Below, piece by piece: positions 1 to 10,848 of a DNA stretch of 64,000 nt. The first letter of the stretch is position 1. Every line of letters begins with the position of its first letter. The notes below the pieces were generated by a model. The model was not told the origin of the DNA. It searched no databases and saw nothing but the letters and a program-made list of their open reading frames with translations. The stretch comes from Callorhinchus milii (lineage: Eukaryota), in contig NW_024704743.1 of NCBI RefSeq assembly GCF_018977255.1, positions 52,578,001-52,642,000 on the forward strand, in the 5' to 3' direction. Made by a program: the position numbers and the translations under genes.

Positions 1-1349
1 TGAATGAGTTTCTAGAGCTTGCTCAGTCTGCTTCAAAAGCCTTCAAAGAATCTCAGGAACTGACTGAGAAGAAAGGTGAAGGCAGAATACAATGGGCAGA
101 GCAGAGGACTAAACGGAAGCATGATGTGTACAACACATCCGGATATCTTGGAGAGATTGAAATGGCTCTTTGTGTCATTGATATCCTCAGAATGATACCA
201 TTCTTTAATGGAAAGGATGAACTAAGTAAACAACAAATGGCACACTTGCTATCAGGAAACATGAATCTCAGTCACATTGAAAAAACAAACAGCATTGATG
301 AAGACTTGTGTTCAGTGCTTGAAGACTACAACTGTTACTTGATTAATATTCAAACCAGTTTAAAAGCTGCTTTTGATTTTTTTGAAGACTACTTTGTCTA
401 TTTCAAACCAAGAAACATTGAGAAAGAAATAGCAGATTTTAAGATTCGCAAGAAAGTCTCAGAATGTTTTGGCAAGTACACAGACATATTCTGTCCGTCG
501 CAAAGTACTTACATGGCTGCAAAAAAGGACAAGCCAAAACTCAGCATGCAACTTGAGCTGGAGGATTGCAAAAAGTTTTTAGAAGCACATAAAGCTGACC
601 GATTTGCTGGCTTACTTGAGTTTCTTACCAACAATCACGGAGCTGGACGAACATTGGAAGAAGTTGTTAGCAAATATCAATTTGTCCTCCAAAATGCAAG
701 AAACAAAAAATTAACAAGAGAAAAGCAAAATTTCATCTTGGCCAACATTGTATTGAATTGTATCACACACGGGTCCAAGAAAATCGAAAGTTACGAGAAA
801 CTTTTGCACCTTTTGAAAGAAGTGCTGCAAGATGTGGGTTCTGATCACTGTCACGCTGAACCATATTTTTTGGCTTCCTTGTTGTTCTGGCCGAATAAAG
901 ATTTCAAACTAAATGAAGATTCCAAATTACTCCTGAAGTACGTGACCTCAATGAGACGGTCATTTAGAGGACGCTATGGACGCATGAGTCATTCAAAACA
1001 TGCCGTTGCACATTTCTATCTCAGTAACAGAGCAGGCTTGAATAGGTTAGTTCACAAAGGAAAAATTGATCAATTGTTCAGTGAAAAGACACACCTAAAT
1101 TCGTTATGGCAATCTGGAGAAATCTGGAAAAAAGATAAAATCGAAGAGCTTCTCCTTCGTGTGTATGGCAGGACAGGAGAAGATGACATGGTATATGTAG
1201 AGTATGGTGATGATGAAAGAATCAAAGTACCTGTACGTCCTGTATACCTGGGTAAACTGAGAAGCGGCAGAAGCATTGAAAAAATATCCTTTTATCTGGG
1301 ATTCTCAATGGATGGACCAATAGCATATGACATAGAGAACATGAATTAG
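1..1349 (+). CDS. SAMD9L: SAMD9/SAMD9L-family protein, upstream paralog, 3' part only (TPR region and C-terminal OB-fold); CDS begins before the window
   Basis: Frame open from position 3 (NEFLELAQSASKAFKESQ...) to TAG at 1347-1349. It aligns without gaps to 19899-21247 and ends in the family motif FYLGFSMDGPIAYD. The ORF-track start at 126 is not the true start. Confidence 0.93.
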   Translation, partial: NEFLELAQSASKAFKESQELTEKKGEGRIQWAEQRTKRKHDVYNTSGYLGEIEMALCVIDILRMIPFFNGKDELSKQQMAHLLSGNMNLSHIEKTNSIDEDLCSVLEDYNCYLINIQTSLKAAFDFFEDYFVYFKPRNIEKEIADFKIRKKVSECFGKYTDIFCPSQSTYMAAKKDKPKLSMQLELEDCKKFLEAHKADRFAGLLEFLTNNHGAGRTLEEVVSKYQFVLQNARNKKLTREKQNFILANIVLNCITHGSKKIESYEKLLHLLKEVLQDVGSDHCHAEPYFLASLLFWPNKDFKLNEDSKLLLKYVTSMRRSFRGRYGRMSHSKHAVAHFYLSNRAGLNRLVHKGKIDQLFSEKTHLNSLWQSGEIWKKDKIEELLLRVYGRTGEDDMVYVEYGDDERIKVPVRPVYLGKLRSGRSIEKISFYLGFSMDGPIAYDIENMN

Positions 1350-1410
1350 TTACTGTAAGAGGGTTACCAGCTTCTGTGTTAAATTATTCACCAATACAGT
1401 TTTAAACTTC

Positions 1411-1790
1411 ATGAATTCAGACATCAACTCCTGGATGAGAGCTAGCTTTCTACAGTTGAACGTCAGCAAGACCGAGGCTCTCCTGATTGGCTCACGCCAT
1501 CTGCACAGCTGCACCATGACCCGCTCTACCTTGCCACACGCCTGCAACAGTGCCCGACTCCTCAGGCCGCCGAAACCCTCATACATGTCTTCATTACATC
1601 TACGCTCGATTACGCCAATGCGCTCCTTTCCGGCCTTCCCAACTCTTCCCTCCACAAGCTGCAGATCGGGAGGCCATCCCAAACCCCCCCACCCCACTCG
1701 GGTCCTAATCCCTGATTGATTTTTTAGCGCCTTGAGATGTCCTCCCAACTTGAAAAGCTCTTCACAAATGTAATTTTGTATTGTATTGTA
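1411..1790 (+). mobile_element. Decayed L2 LINE 3' fragment
   Basis: DINSWMRASFLQLNVSKTEALLIGS is an L2 ORF2 C-terminal motif; ends in an L2-type tail (gcgccttgagatgtcctcccaacttgaaaagc...ttgtattgt). Confidence 0.8.
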
Positions 1791-2316
1791 TAGGATGTTG
1801 TTGAGTTACATTTAATGAGGATGGAACTATTCTACCTGTTAGGTCTTTAGTTTGTAGGGTTATCAGGAGTCAAGTGGGAAGAATCCCCAACACCACTGAC
1901 AGCTCCACCCCACCCACCCAACTGGAGCCCCACCCTGAGCCAGGGTGACCGGTCTCTCATCAGTAGTTCCCCAGTGTACTGCAGACCCTCCTGCCTCAGG
2001 AGGCAAACCACAAAGAGAGCTACAAAGCGTTGACTCAATTCCACTGTAAACAATATCACCTTAGCGCCAGCTTCGTCCCAAAGAGACTCTGCTCACCTCC
2101 CCCACCCTCTCAGGAGGAGAGTCACGTGTTCATTTCACATCCAACATGTGCATATTAGAGTCATCTCTAGGGGGGAATGGTAGGTATCAGGAACTCCATG
2201 TCAACTTCCTGGTGGGTACCACAATTCAGCATGAATTGCGTAAGAGCTTTGCATCTATTTTCCTGCCCACAACTCAAACACACTTCCCATTCCATTGAGT
2301 GATGGTTCCTCCAGTT

Positions 2317-2643
2317 ATAATAATAATAATAATAATAATCCTTGCATTTGATATAGCGCTTTTCACGTCGGGAGGACATCCCAAAGCGCTTCACAGAACA
2401 CACTGTAAAGTGAATTGACTGTATATTTGTGGGCGAACGCGGCAGCCAATTGCGCACAGCAATGTCCCACAAACAGTCATGGATTGAAAATGACCAATTT
2501 ATTATTGTTTTTGGTTTTGGAAGGATTATTATTAGGCGTGTGGAGTAAGGAAACTTGCCCAAGGTTTCGCCCTCTGCCTGGAATTGAACTCAGGTCTCTA
2601 GCTTGCAAAGCGAGTGCTCAACCACTGAGCTACAGGACTCCAC
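2317..2643 (-). mobile_element. tRNA-derived SINE, short subfamily, (ATT)n tail
   Basis: The minus strand reads gtggagtcctgtagctcagtgg (A box)...gagttcaattcc (B box), then the body gggacattgctgtgcgcaattggctgcc, an L2-like 3' end and (att)n. Near-identical to copies at 8271, 27936 and 33371. Confidence 0.9.
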
Positions 2644-5160
2644 AGTTGTAGGTTCAGAGCTTAAGCTGCAGCTGCTTACCTCACTCAAGCCAATAAAGGT
2701 GGTGGATTCCAGGAGCTGGATGTATGAAAGTGTGTTTGTGAACCCGGTTTTCAGCTCCAGCTCCTTGCCCCTCTACTCACAGACATCATAAACTTCTCCC
2801 TGTCCACTGGTACTGTTCCAAACCCATTAACAATGGCTGCCATCACTTCCCTCAAAAACCCTCCCTGGACCCATCTGTGCTCTCAAGCGTGTGTTTCTGA
2901 ACCCGGTTTCCAGGTATAGACCTTCCAGCAGTTGTCATCCCAACTTTCAGAATTTCCTCATTAGATACATGACAGACCTTTAACTTCAATGCAATGGGAG
3001 GACCTTTTTAGAGCAGCTTGTGACATGCTAGTAACCTCAAAGTCCTGGATCTCCAAGTCTAATGCTGCGTATCAGCCTAACTCATTATCAGCTGCTTAGT
3101 ACAAGTCCTCATGTGAGGCGCTTTGTCAAATAGATAAAAATGATAATCCTTCTTTTCGTGTCCGGAGAACGTCTCAAAGCGTTTCACAGGATATATTGTA
3201 AAATGGAGTGATTGTGTACCTTGTTGACATGAAAGGCGCTTTGCAAATGTAATTTTGTATTGTATTGCATTACTGAACTCAATGTAAACATTTTTAGCAC
3301 TATATCGTGCACATCGCTTAGAAATATCAAGATTAATTTCTGACCAAGAGGACGTAATAATAATAATCCTTACATTTGATATCGCACCTTATCACATCAT
3401 CAAGACGTCTCAGAGCACTTTACAGGATAAACTGTAAAGTGGATTGACTGAGCATTTTGTGGGTGAAAATTTTTGTAGCGCAATTGGACTTGTACAGTAA
3501 TGATACAAGTCATTAATATAAAATAATATAAGGATTATTATTATTATGCAATGTTAAATCTGTTGATATGTTCAGGTCAGAAAAAACACTTAAAACAGCA
3601 ATTATGTGATGCAAAGGATAAGCTGTGCTGCAGAAAGCTATATGTGTAGAATTGTGAGGGATCTGTAGTCAGACATTGCTTGTTCTCAATTAAATATACC
3701 ATTTTATATACCCGGTTTTAGGAATGTTAATCATGCTGATTAATAAAGGTATATGCCATAATTCCACAGTATTTTAATTGTTTACTTCTTGTACTATGAT
3801 TCTTCATCTGCCAGCAGCTATTCAATGATTTTGCCCAACACCCATCTGGTGGTGTCTTTCACAAATAGAGTTACAATCCGTAACGTGACTTTCTCGGGTA
3901 CCACTCCCTTGAATGCTTTTGGAAGGTGGGTCATATAATCCTAATACTACTAAAACTTGCATTTTATATAGCATCTTATCATGTCAAACTGTCTCATGGT
4001 TTTTTTTCACTCTAAATTGTAGTGACTATCTATTTACACGTGAATGTATGTCCATAGCAGCAGAACATGCATCTGAGATTGAAGTTTCCCATATCAAGAG
4101 ATTCTGGTTCCATAATGTTTATTGTAGTTAGATGGAGGCCAGGCACATTCCAAAAACGATACATATAATAAGCAGGGACTACCTAACAGATCCATTGGTT
4201 CCTGTCTGTTTGTAGGAAATTGCCGTGTGCAAATTGGCAGCTGCTTTTACCTACATATACAGTAACTACTCTTTAAAGTAGTTTCTGTGAAGCACTTTGA
4301 GATTTTCAACCTATGGAATTTGGTGTTTTTTAATGAAGTTATTTCTCCCAATCCCATGACTTTTGAATTATTAATAGCGAATTGCACAGAATTCAACTTA
4401 CCTTTTCAACCACAATTATGGTGACTTCCCCTTCCACCCTCCTCTGTTCCCCCACTTCACATTTGTCCTCTTAAAGTCCTCCCAAGGTGTTATCCCACGT
4501 GAATACCACAGGATAAACATATTTTTTTCTTGCTGTAATAAGAATATCTGGGAACCCATCCCTTTTCTGCAAGAGTTTGCTCCTTTAAGGGGCAAGTAAT
4601 CTTCCTGCCGTCCCTATCGTACACAAGTCCTTGTACAATAGGTCTCTTTGTGCCTATAAGCTGAGAACGCTTCCACATCAGCATAGGCTAAGTTTAAATA
4701 TGTCATTTCAAAAAAAGGCTATTTCAGATTGATTTTGCACAAAAAATAAGAAAGAAGTAGTTCCAACTTTACTATTGCCCAAATGATTTGCCTTTGATTA
4801 GACAGAACAGCATATCAGTCACATTGGTAGTTGCTCCATTTCACCAGCGATCCCCTCCATTATAACAAATATCCAATTTCCATTGTGGATGGGTTTGTAT
4901 ATATACAAATTGATAGTCTAATTTATGCAGGAATACACAGCACAATGTTGTTTACACCTATGCTGCACTCATATTCACTTCCTGGAGTCATGATAGTATT
5001 ACAAAATAAAAACCATGACAGGGAGATTCCCAGGCAGGGCAAAATGTTGGGCAATATTCAGAATAACATTGAATCTCTAGAAAAATACTTCCAGCAACAG
5101 AAGTTATACTGAGTATATATGTAATGCATACATCAGCAATGCCCTGTTATGGTTTTCATT

Positions 5161-5523
5161 TAATAATAATAAACCTTGCATTTGATATAGCACATTTTCA
5201 CATCTTCCAGACATCTCAAAGCGTTTCACAGAATATACTGTAACATGAATTGACTGTATATTTGTGGGAGAAACACGGCAGCCAATTGCACACAGCAGTG
5301 TCCCATAAACAGTCGTGGAACGAGTGACCCAAATATTATTGGTTTTTTTTGAGAGATTATTATCAGAAAAGCGATTCTCCAATCGACTAACAACTGGATT
5401 CTTACTTACTGCTAAGTAAACAGAAGTATGTGCAATAAGGAAACTTGCCCCAAATTTCACCCTGATAGGAAATAGAACCCAGGTTCCCCCCCTTGCTCTA
5501 ATCACTGAGCTACAGGACTCCAC
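5161..5523 (-). mobile_element. tRNA-derived SINE, long subfamily
   Basis: Same head and tail as the short form plus an internal ctgtttacttagcagtaagtaagaatccagttgttagtcgattgg segment. Confidence 0.85.
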
Positions 5524-5675
5524 AAGCGGAACGAAGATAAAAGATGAAATCAATAATCATCACCTAAACAAATGCCAAGATGTCGTAAAACTTTCTCGGA
5601 TGCAGTGTTATCCTTGTATCCCATTCTCAATCCTCACTTCCATTGCCAAATGCGAAGTGGTAGCTGGACTTTATT

Positions 5676-6085
5676 TCTAAGATAGATTTTTTGTTAAGTT
5701 TTCAGTGTCTTCTAACGTGAAGACAGAAGCAAAGTATTTGTTTAATGACTCTGCCATATCTTTATCCCCCATTATAATTCCGCCTGTCTCTGCTTCTAAT
5801 GGACCCACATTCACTTTTGCTAGTCTCTTCCTCTTTATGTATTTGTAAAAACTCTTGCAGTCCGTCTTTATGTTCCTAGCTAGTTTGCCCTCATAATCCA
5901 TTTTCTCCCTTCTTATCAGTTTCTTAGTCTTTCTTTGTTGGTCTCTGAAGCCCTCGGTTTACTGATCTTTTTGGCAGTATTATAGGTCTCTTCTTTTAAT
6001 TTTATACTTTCCCTAACTGCTCTAGTTAGCCATGGTTGAACCACTTTTCCCGTGGTATTTTGATTCCTCAAAGGAATATGTGATG
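5676..6085 (-). mobile_element. CR1 LINE ORF2 internal fragment
   Basis: YEGKLARNIKTDCKSFYKYIKRKRLAKVNVGPL...MAESLNKYFASVFT is the typical CR1 endonuclease-RT linker. Confidence 0.85.
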
Positions 6086-6329
6086 GCTGGGAACCCTCCC
6101 TGCCTGTTGTAACTATGTTATTGAACCAAAGCAACTTTTCAGCATTATTAAATAAACAAGCTTTAAAATATAAAATACTTTAAAATATTAAAATATAAAA
6201 TGTATATTGTAATATTTTAAAGAATTTTATATTGACTCTGTTCACAGGTTTTAAATATAAAATTTCAGCTAACAGAGTAAGTGTTTTCTGGACACAAGTT
6301 TGTCCCAGGCTGCAGCAGAGTGATTATCT

Positions 6330-6681
6330 CTACCACTTCCCGTAGCTTCTAACCTTACAAGCAAGCAGACTGACAGCTAAGTAAACAGTGTCACATAATC
6401 CAAACCTTTTGAGCGGTGCTTCCATATACAGTCAGTTACTGACGTCACTGTAATTAAGGAAATGCTCAAATTGAAACTACTGTAGGTTCTGTTTTTTTGG
6501 TGTGTCGACAGCCTTTTGGTGAAATTCTGTTTCGGGAAATATTTCTTTGAGCTGTTGAATATCAGTTGGTAGAAGATTATTGTTGGAATTGAAGTATTCC
6601 TTTCTTCATTCACTTTTCAAAATGTTAATGAAAGGAGCCACATCCGTGGAACAGGAAGAACACCAGTGTGAAGATGTGAGT
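6330..6681 (+). promoter_or_regulatory. Candidate promoter and non-coding first exon of the downstream SAMD9L-like gene
   Basis: Non-repeat island with a perfect CRE TGACGTCA (6440-6447), AANNGAAA (~6469-6476), a STAT-like TTTCGGGAA (~6530-6538), an IRF-E-like GAAAAGTGAA on the minus strand (6609-6618) and a GTGAGT splice donor at 6676. Motif-level evidence only. Confidence 0.3.
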
Positions 6682-7401
6682 GAGATGGCCATTGACATCT
6701 GACATGGTACAGTACTGCCGTTTGCTATTCAGTCTGTCCATATTATTAAAATACTGAAATATACAGTGCATCAAGTTACTTACTACTTGTGCACTAATTG
6801 CAAGGGTCCCTTTAGAAATGTAACAATATTTGTGTATTATTTCAAATTAGATGTAACATTTAGGAAAAAAAATCAGTATAAATCAAAACAATTTTGTTTG
6901 TTCTGTGCTTTTGATCAAGTGTCAAATCTGTGTATTTCGGGAGCCTTGTATTTAGTTAAGACAACATCCTTAACACAAGATAGCATCTCAGAGCTCTGCA
7001 CAGTGCCAGGGCTGTACGCCGAGCAAGGGAGAAAGAGGAGGGAGAGGTGACCATAGGCACAGTTGAAGAAGTAAGTATTAAGTTGGAATAGATAAGAAAT
7101 AGATAAAAAGAAGGGCGAGGTGGTAGTCTAATTTACGTATGAATACACCGCACAATGTTGTTTATACCTATACTGCACTCATATTCACTTCCTGGTATCA
7201 TGATAGTATTATCTAATGAAAACCATAACAGGGCGTTGCTGGGTGTATCCATTGCATACTTCAGTTTAACTTCTGTTTCTGGAAGTATTTTTCTAGATTT
7301 GGCGTAAAGCAATTATAACACACCTTGATTGGTATTTGTTTGTAGATTAGAAGTTGTGGGACCAGTAGAGAAACAAAGCCCAAAACGTTTGCTACAGTTT
7401 A

Positions 7402-7780
7402 ATGTAGAGAGCTGTCGCGTATTGGTTAGAGCACTCGCCTCGCAAGCAAGAAGACCTGGGTTTCATTCCCCACGAAACCTAAGGCAAGTTTACCTGCTCC
7501 ACACGCCTCAGATTATCTAGCAATAAGTACGAATCCGGTTGTTAATCGATTGGCAGATCACTTTGTGTGGCTAATAATGAATCCAAATAAAGAAAAAATT
7601 GGTCAATCAATACAAGACTGTTTGTGCAAAAATTGCTGTGCGCAATTGGCTTCCGCGTTTTGGCCACAAAACACACAGTCAATCCCTTCACAATATATCC
7701 TGTGAAGCACTTTGAGACGTCTCAATGATGGTATAACCCACTGTATCAAATGCAAGGATTATTACTAATATTATTATAAT
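7402..7780 (+). mobile_element. tRNA-derived SINE, long subfamily, diverged
   Basis: ggttagagcactcgcc head, gctgtgcgcaattggc body, aaatgcaaggattatt tail. Confidence 0.8.
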
Positions 7781-8270
7781 GCGAGAAGTAAGAACGTTAG
7801 AAGATGCAGAATATGGAACAAGTATTTTCAGAGGTAGAGTTTGAAGTCAGTTTATTCAACCATAGTTAAGGACAAGTATTTGCCCTCCCTAATGTACACA
7901 ATTCCGTGTACAATAGTTCCCTTTGTGCCTCCAGGCTGAGGGCCTGAAGAAACAACCTTGTGATCATAGCTCAGAAAGGTCAGGGGAGGCATATCAGGCC
8001 TCTGCTAGTTGAGCAAAGGAGGTGGGGAGTGAAGTGTGGTACCAGCAGCTCAGAGAGTAAGGGAGGTGCAGGGCATGAAGGATATTGTATGACGAGGTGA
8101 GGATCTTGGAATCGATCTGGCAAAATGAATTTGATGGGGCTGATGGGACAGAAGCATTTTTACGCCCCCAACTCTGAATTGCTGATATTTCAGTTTGACT
8201 ATTAAACAAACTGTAACTTGCATACATTTCATCAGGGGCATTGCTCGTTTTTCTCACTTTTGAAGCTGTC

Positions 8271-8611
8271 AATAATAATAATAATAATAATAATAATAAT
8301 CCTTGCATTTGATATAGCGCTTTTCACGTCAGGAGGACGCCCCAAAGCGCTTCACAGAACACACTGTAAAGTGAATTGACTGTATATTTGTGGGCGAACG
8401 CGGCAGCCAATTGCGCACAGCAATGTCCCACAAACAGTCGTAGATTGAAAATGACCAATTTAATTATTGTTTTTGGTTTTTTGGAGGGATTATTATTAGG
8501 CGTGTGGAGTAAGGAAACTTGCCCAAGGTTTCGCCCTGATCTGCCTGGGATTGAACTCAGGTCTCTCACTTGCAAAGCGAGTGCTCTAACCACTGAGCTA
8601 CAGGACTCCAC
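8271..8611 (-). mobile_element. tRNA-derived SINE, short subfamily (young)
   Basis: Full head to a long (att)n tail, near-identical to 2317-2643. Confidence 0.9.
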
Positions 8612-8991
8612 AAATCATGCCAGAGGCAGTCCCACCCCAGGCTGCCCTACTACTGGCGAGCATGGGCAGTGTCCTTCTTCCCTATTGATGCTCTCCCCCT
8701 GATGGTCATTGCTCCCCGCCCCCTTGGAGCTCAGAGCTGAAGCTTATTGAAAGAGACAGAGACTAGTTTACAGCACCATTTTGGGGGAATTGATATCAGG
8801 AAAGCCCAGAATTGTTTCGTTCACCCTGCCCGAGTGCAATTTTCAGTTCGACGTTGATTTTGGACAAGTTGATCTGGTTTGCAGTGGTGAAGGAAGGGGA
8901 TACTGAATTCCAGCTTCCCTCCTCCCCATTGCAAAAAGCTTCCACCGACATTGCCCATTGTCTTTAGGAATGTAAGGTTAAAGAGACAATT

Positions 8992-9210
8992 CAACAACAA
9001 CAACAACTTGCACTTATATAGTGCACCTCAGTCAGGATAGCATCTCAGAGCAGGACGCCGAGCCCGGGGGGAGGGGGGAGGTGACTGTAAGCACAGTCGA
9101 AGAGGAAGATCTTCAGGTGTAACCTGAAGAATGAAGGGAGGGGGAAGGGGGAGGAATTGGAGGGAAAGTGTGCCAGAGTTTCAGGGCATAGTGGCTGAAA
9201 GTTCAGCCTA
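8992..9210 (-). mobile_element. L2 3'-end fragment
   Basis: (caa)n tail followed by cttgcacttatatagtgc and ggcacagtcgaagaggaagatcttcagg, the reverse complement of the L2 3' end. Confidence 0.7.
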
Positions 9211-9304
9211 TTCTGCCAGGTATGAGATCATCGTTGATAAATTATTAAATTCTATTTTTAATTCACAAAATAAAAACAGAAGTATTTTTCAGGCGGAGAC
9301 GTTT

Positions 9305-9590
9305 TAACATAACATAACATGTAGGAGCAGGAGTAGGCCATTCGGCCCTTCAAGCCTACCCTGCCATTCAATCATGGCTGATCTTCTAATCTAACTCCAG
9401 CTAATAACCTATCCCTGCCTTATCCCCATATCCCTTAATCCCTTTTGCAATAAGAAATCTATCTCAGTCTTGAATATGTTCAAGGACTGAGCGTCAATAG
9501 CTCTTTGGGGTAGTGAGTTCCATATATTCACCACCCTTTGAGTGAAGAAGTTCTTCCTCAACTCAGTAGTTCTTCCTCAACTCAGTCAAA
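9305..9590 (-). mobile_element. CR1 3'-end fragment
   Basis: (taaca)n terminal repeat followed by gtaggagcaggagtaggccattcggccc and ORF2 C-terminal remnants; 19-bp tandem duplication at 9549-9586. Confidence 0.75.
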
Positions 9591-9599
9591 ATTTGCAGA

Positions 9600-9974
9600 T
9601 AATAATAATTCTTGTATTGATATAGCGCCTTATCACGTGTTTGAGATGTCTCAAAGCGCTTCACAGAATATACTTTAAAGTGAATTGACTGTATATTTTG
9701 TGGGAGAAACGCGGCAGCCAATTGTACACAGCAGTGTCCCACAAACAGTTGTGGATTGAGCGACCAAATTATTATTATTATTATTTTTTAAAGTAATTAT
9801 TACCCCAGGAAAAGCGATCTGCCAATCGACTAACAGCTGGGTTCCTACTTACCTCCAGCTAAACAGAGGCGTGTGGAGTAAGGAAACTTGTCCAACGTTT
9901 CGTTCTGCCGGGAATCGAACCCAGGTCTCTCACTTGTGAGGTGAGTGCTCTAACCAGTAAGCTATAGGACTCCA
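9600..9974 (-). mobile_element. tRNA-derived SINE, long subfamily
   Basis: Head ggagtcctatagcttactggttagagc on the minus strand, with the long internal segment and the L2-like tail. Confidence 0.85.
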
Positions 9975-10848
9975 TGAAAAGTAAAGCACCTTCAACACAA
10001 CCCTCCTCATAAAGCTACTCTACACCCTCCAAACTCTCCAATTGCCAGATTATTTCTAATCTACTATCCTTATCCAAAGTCCAGGACCATATTGGGGCCA
10101 CTTAACTTTACTCCCATCTTTCCCTCTACTCTTTACTGAAGCCTCTCCCCTCTGCTGCCCTGCCCACATCCCTGAGACAGCCCTCATCAAAGTCAACAAT
10201 GATGCACACATTCTCTCCCTCTGCCTCCTTGTTCTCTATGCTGCTTTTGACACTATTGACTACTCCATCCTCTTCTAATACCTCACCTCTGTTAACCATC
10301 CCTATGAGTCCACACTAACCTGGGTCAAATCCTCCATAATACACTGCTCCACTTTGTCTACTGTTACGATTTCTCCTCCCCACCTCACAAAGGAACCCAG
10401 TGGAGTACCTTAGGGCTCGGTCTTCAGCCTCCTCCTTTTCTCATCTATCTGCTCCTTCTTGATGATGCCATCCACAGACATGGAGTGAACTTACATTTCC
10501 TCACTCTCTCTGGTCTCTCTATCAAACATTGGGAGCCAATGTACAATCTGGGCGTCTAGCTCGATCCTCAGCTTTCCTGATGTAGGGCTTCCCTAATGGG
10601 ACAGAATTAGTTCCCAAAATTTCAACAGATCAGGAAAATTATCATGGGGCTACAAAGATACAATGGCTTAAATATAATCATTCAAGAAAAATCTTCAAGT
10701 AAGAAGCCATTCTAGCTGATACATTTAAAGATCAATCCTTTGTTACATTTTTCATAGAATCATAGAATCATAGAATGTTATGGCACAGAAGGAGGCCATT
10801 CGGCCCATCGAGTCTGTGCCGGCTCTTTGACAGAGCAACTAACGTTTA

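Noticed and set aside
1..1349. Copy 1 as an assembly duplicate of copy 2
   Set aside because: About 36 clustered differences and unrelated 3' flanks argue for true paralogs, although read-level confirmation is still needed.
2167..2651. Recurrent ORFs MGKFPYSTRLIII... and MTVYLWANAAANCAQQ... (also near 8324, 33351, 56569, 58367)
   Set aside because: They are chance translations of SINE copies, not a gene family.
5021..5030. Perfect NF-kB-like site GGGAGATTCC
   Set aside because: It forms at the junction with a SINE fragment (gattcccaggcagggc), is absent from the second block-A copy and has no independent support.
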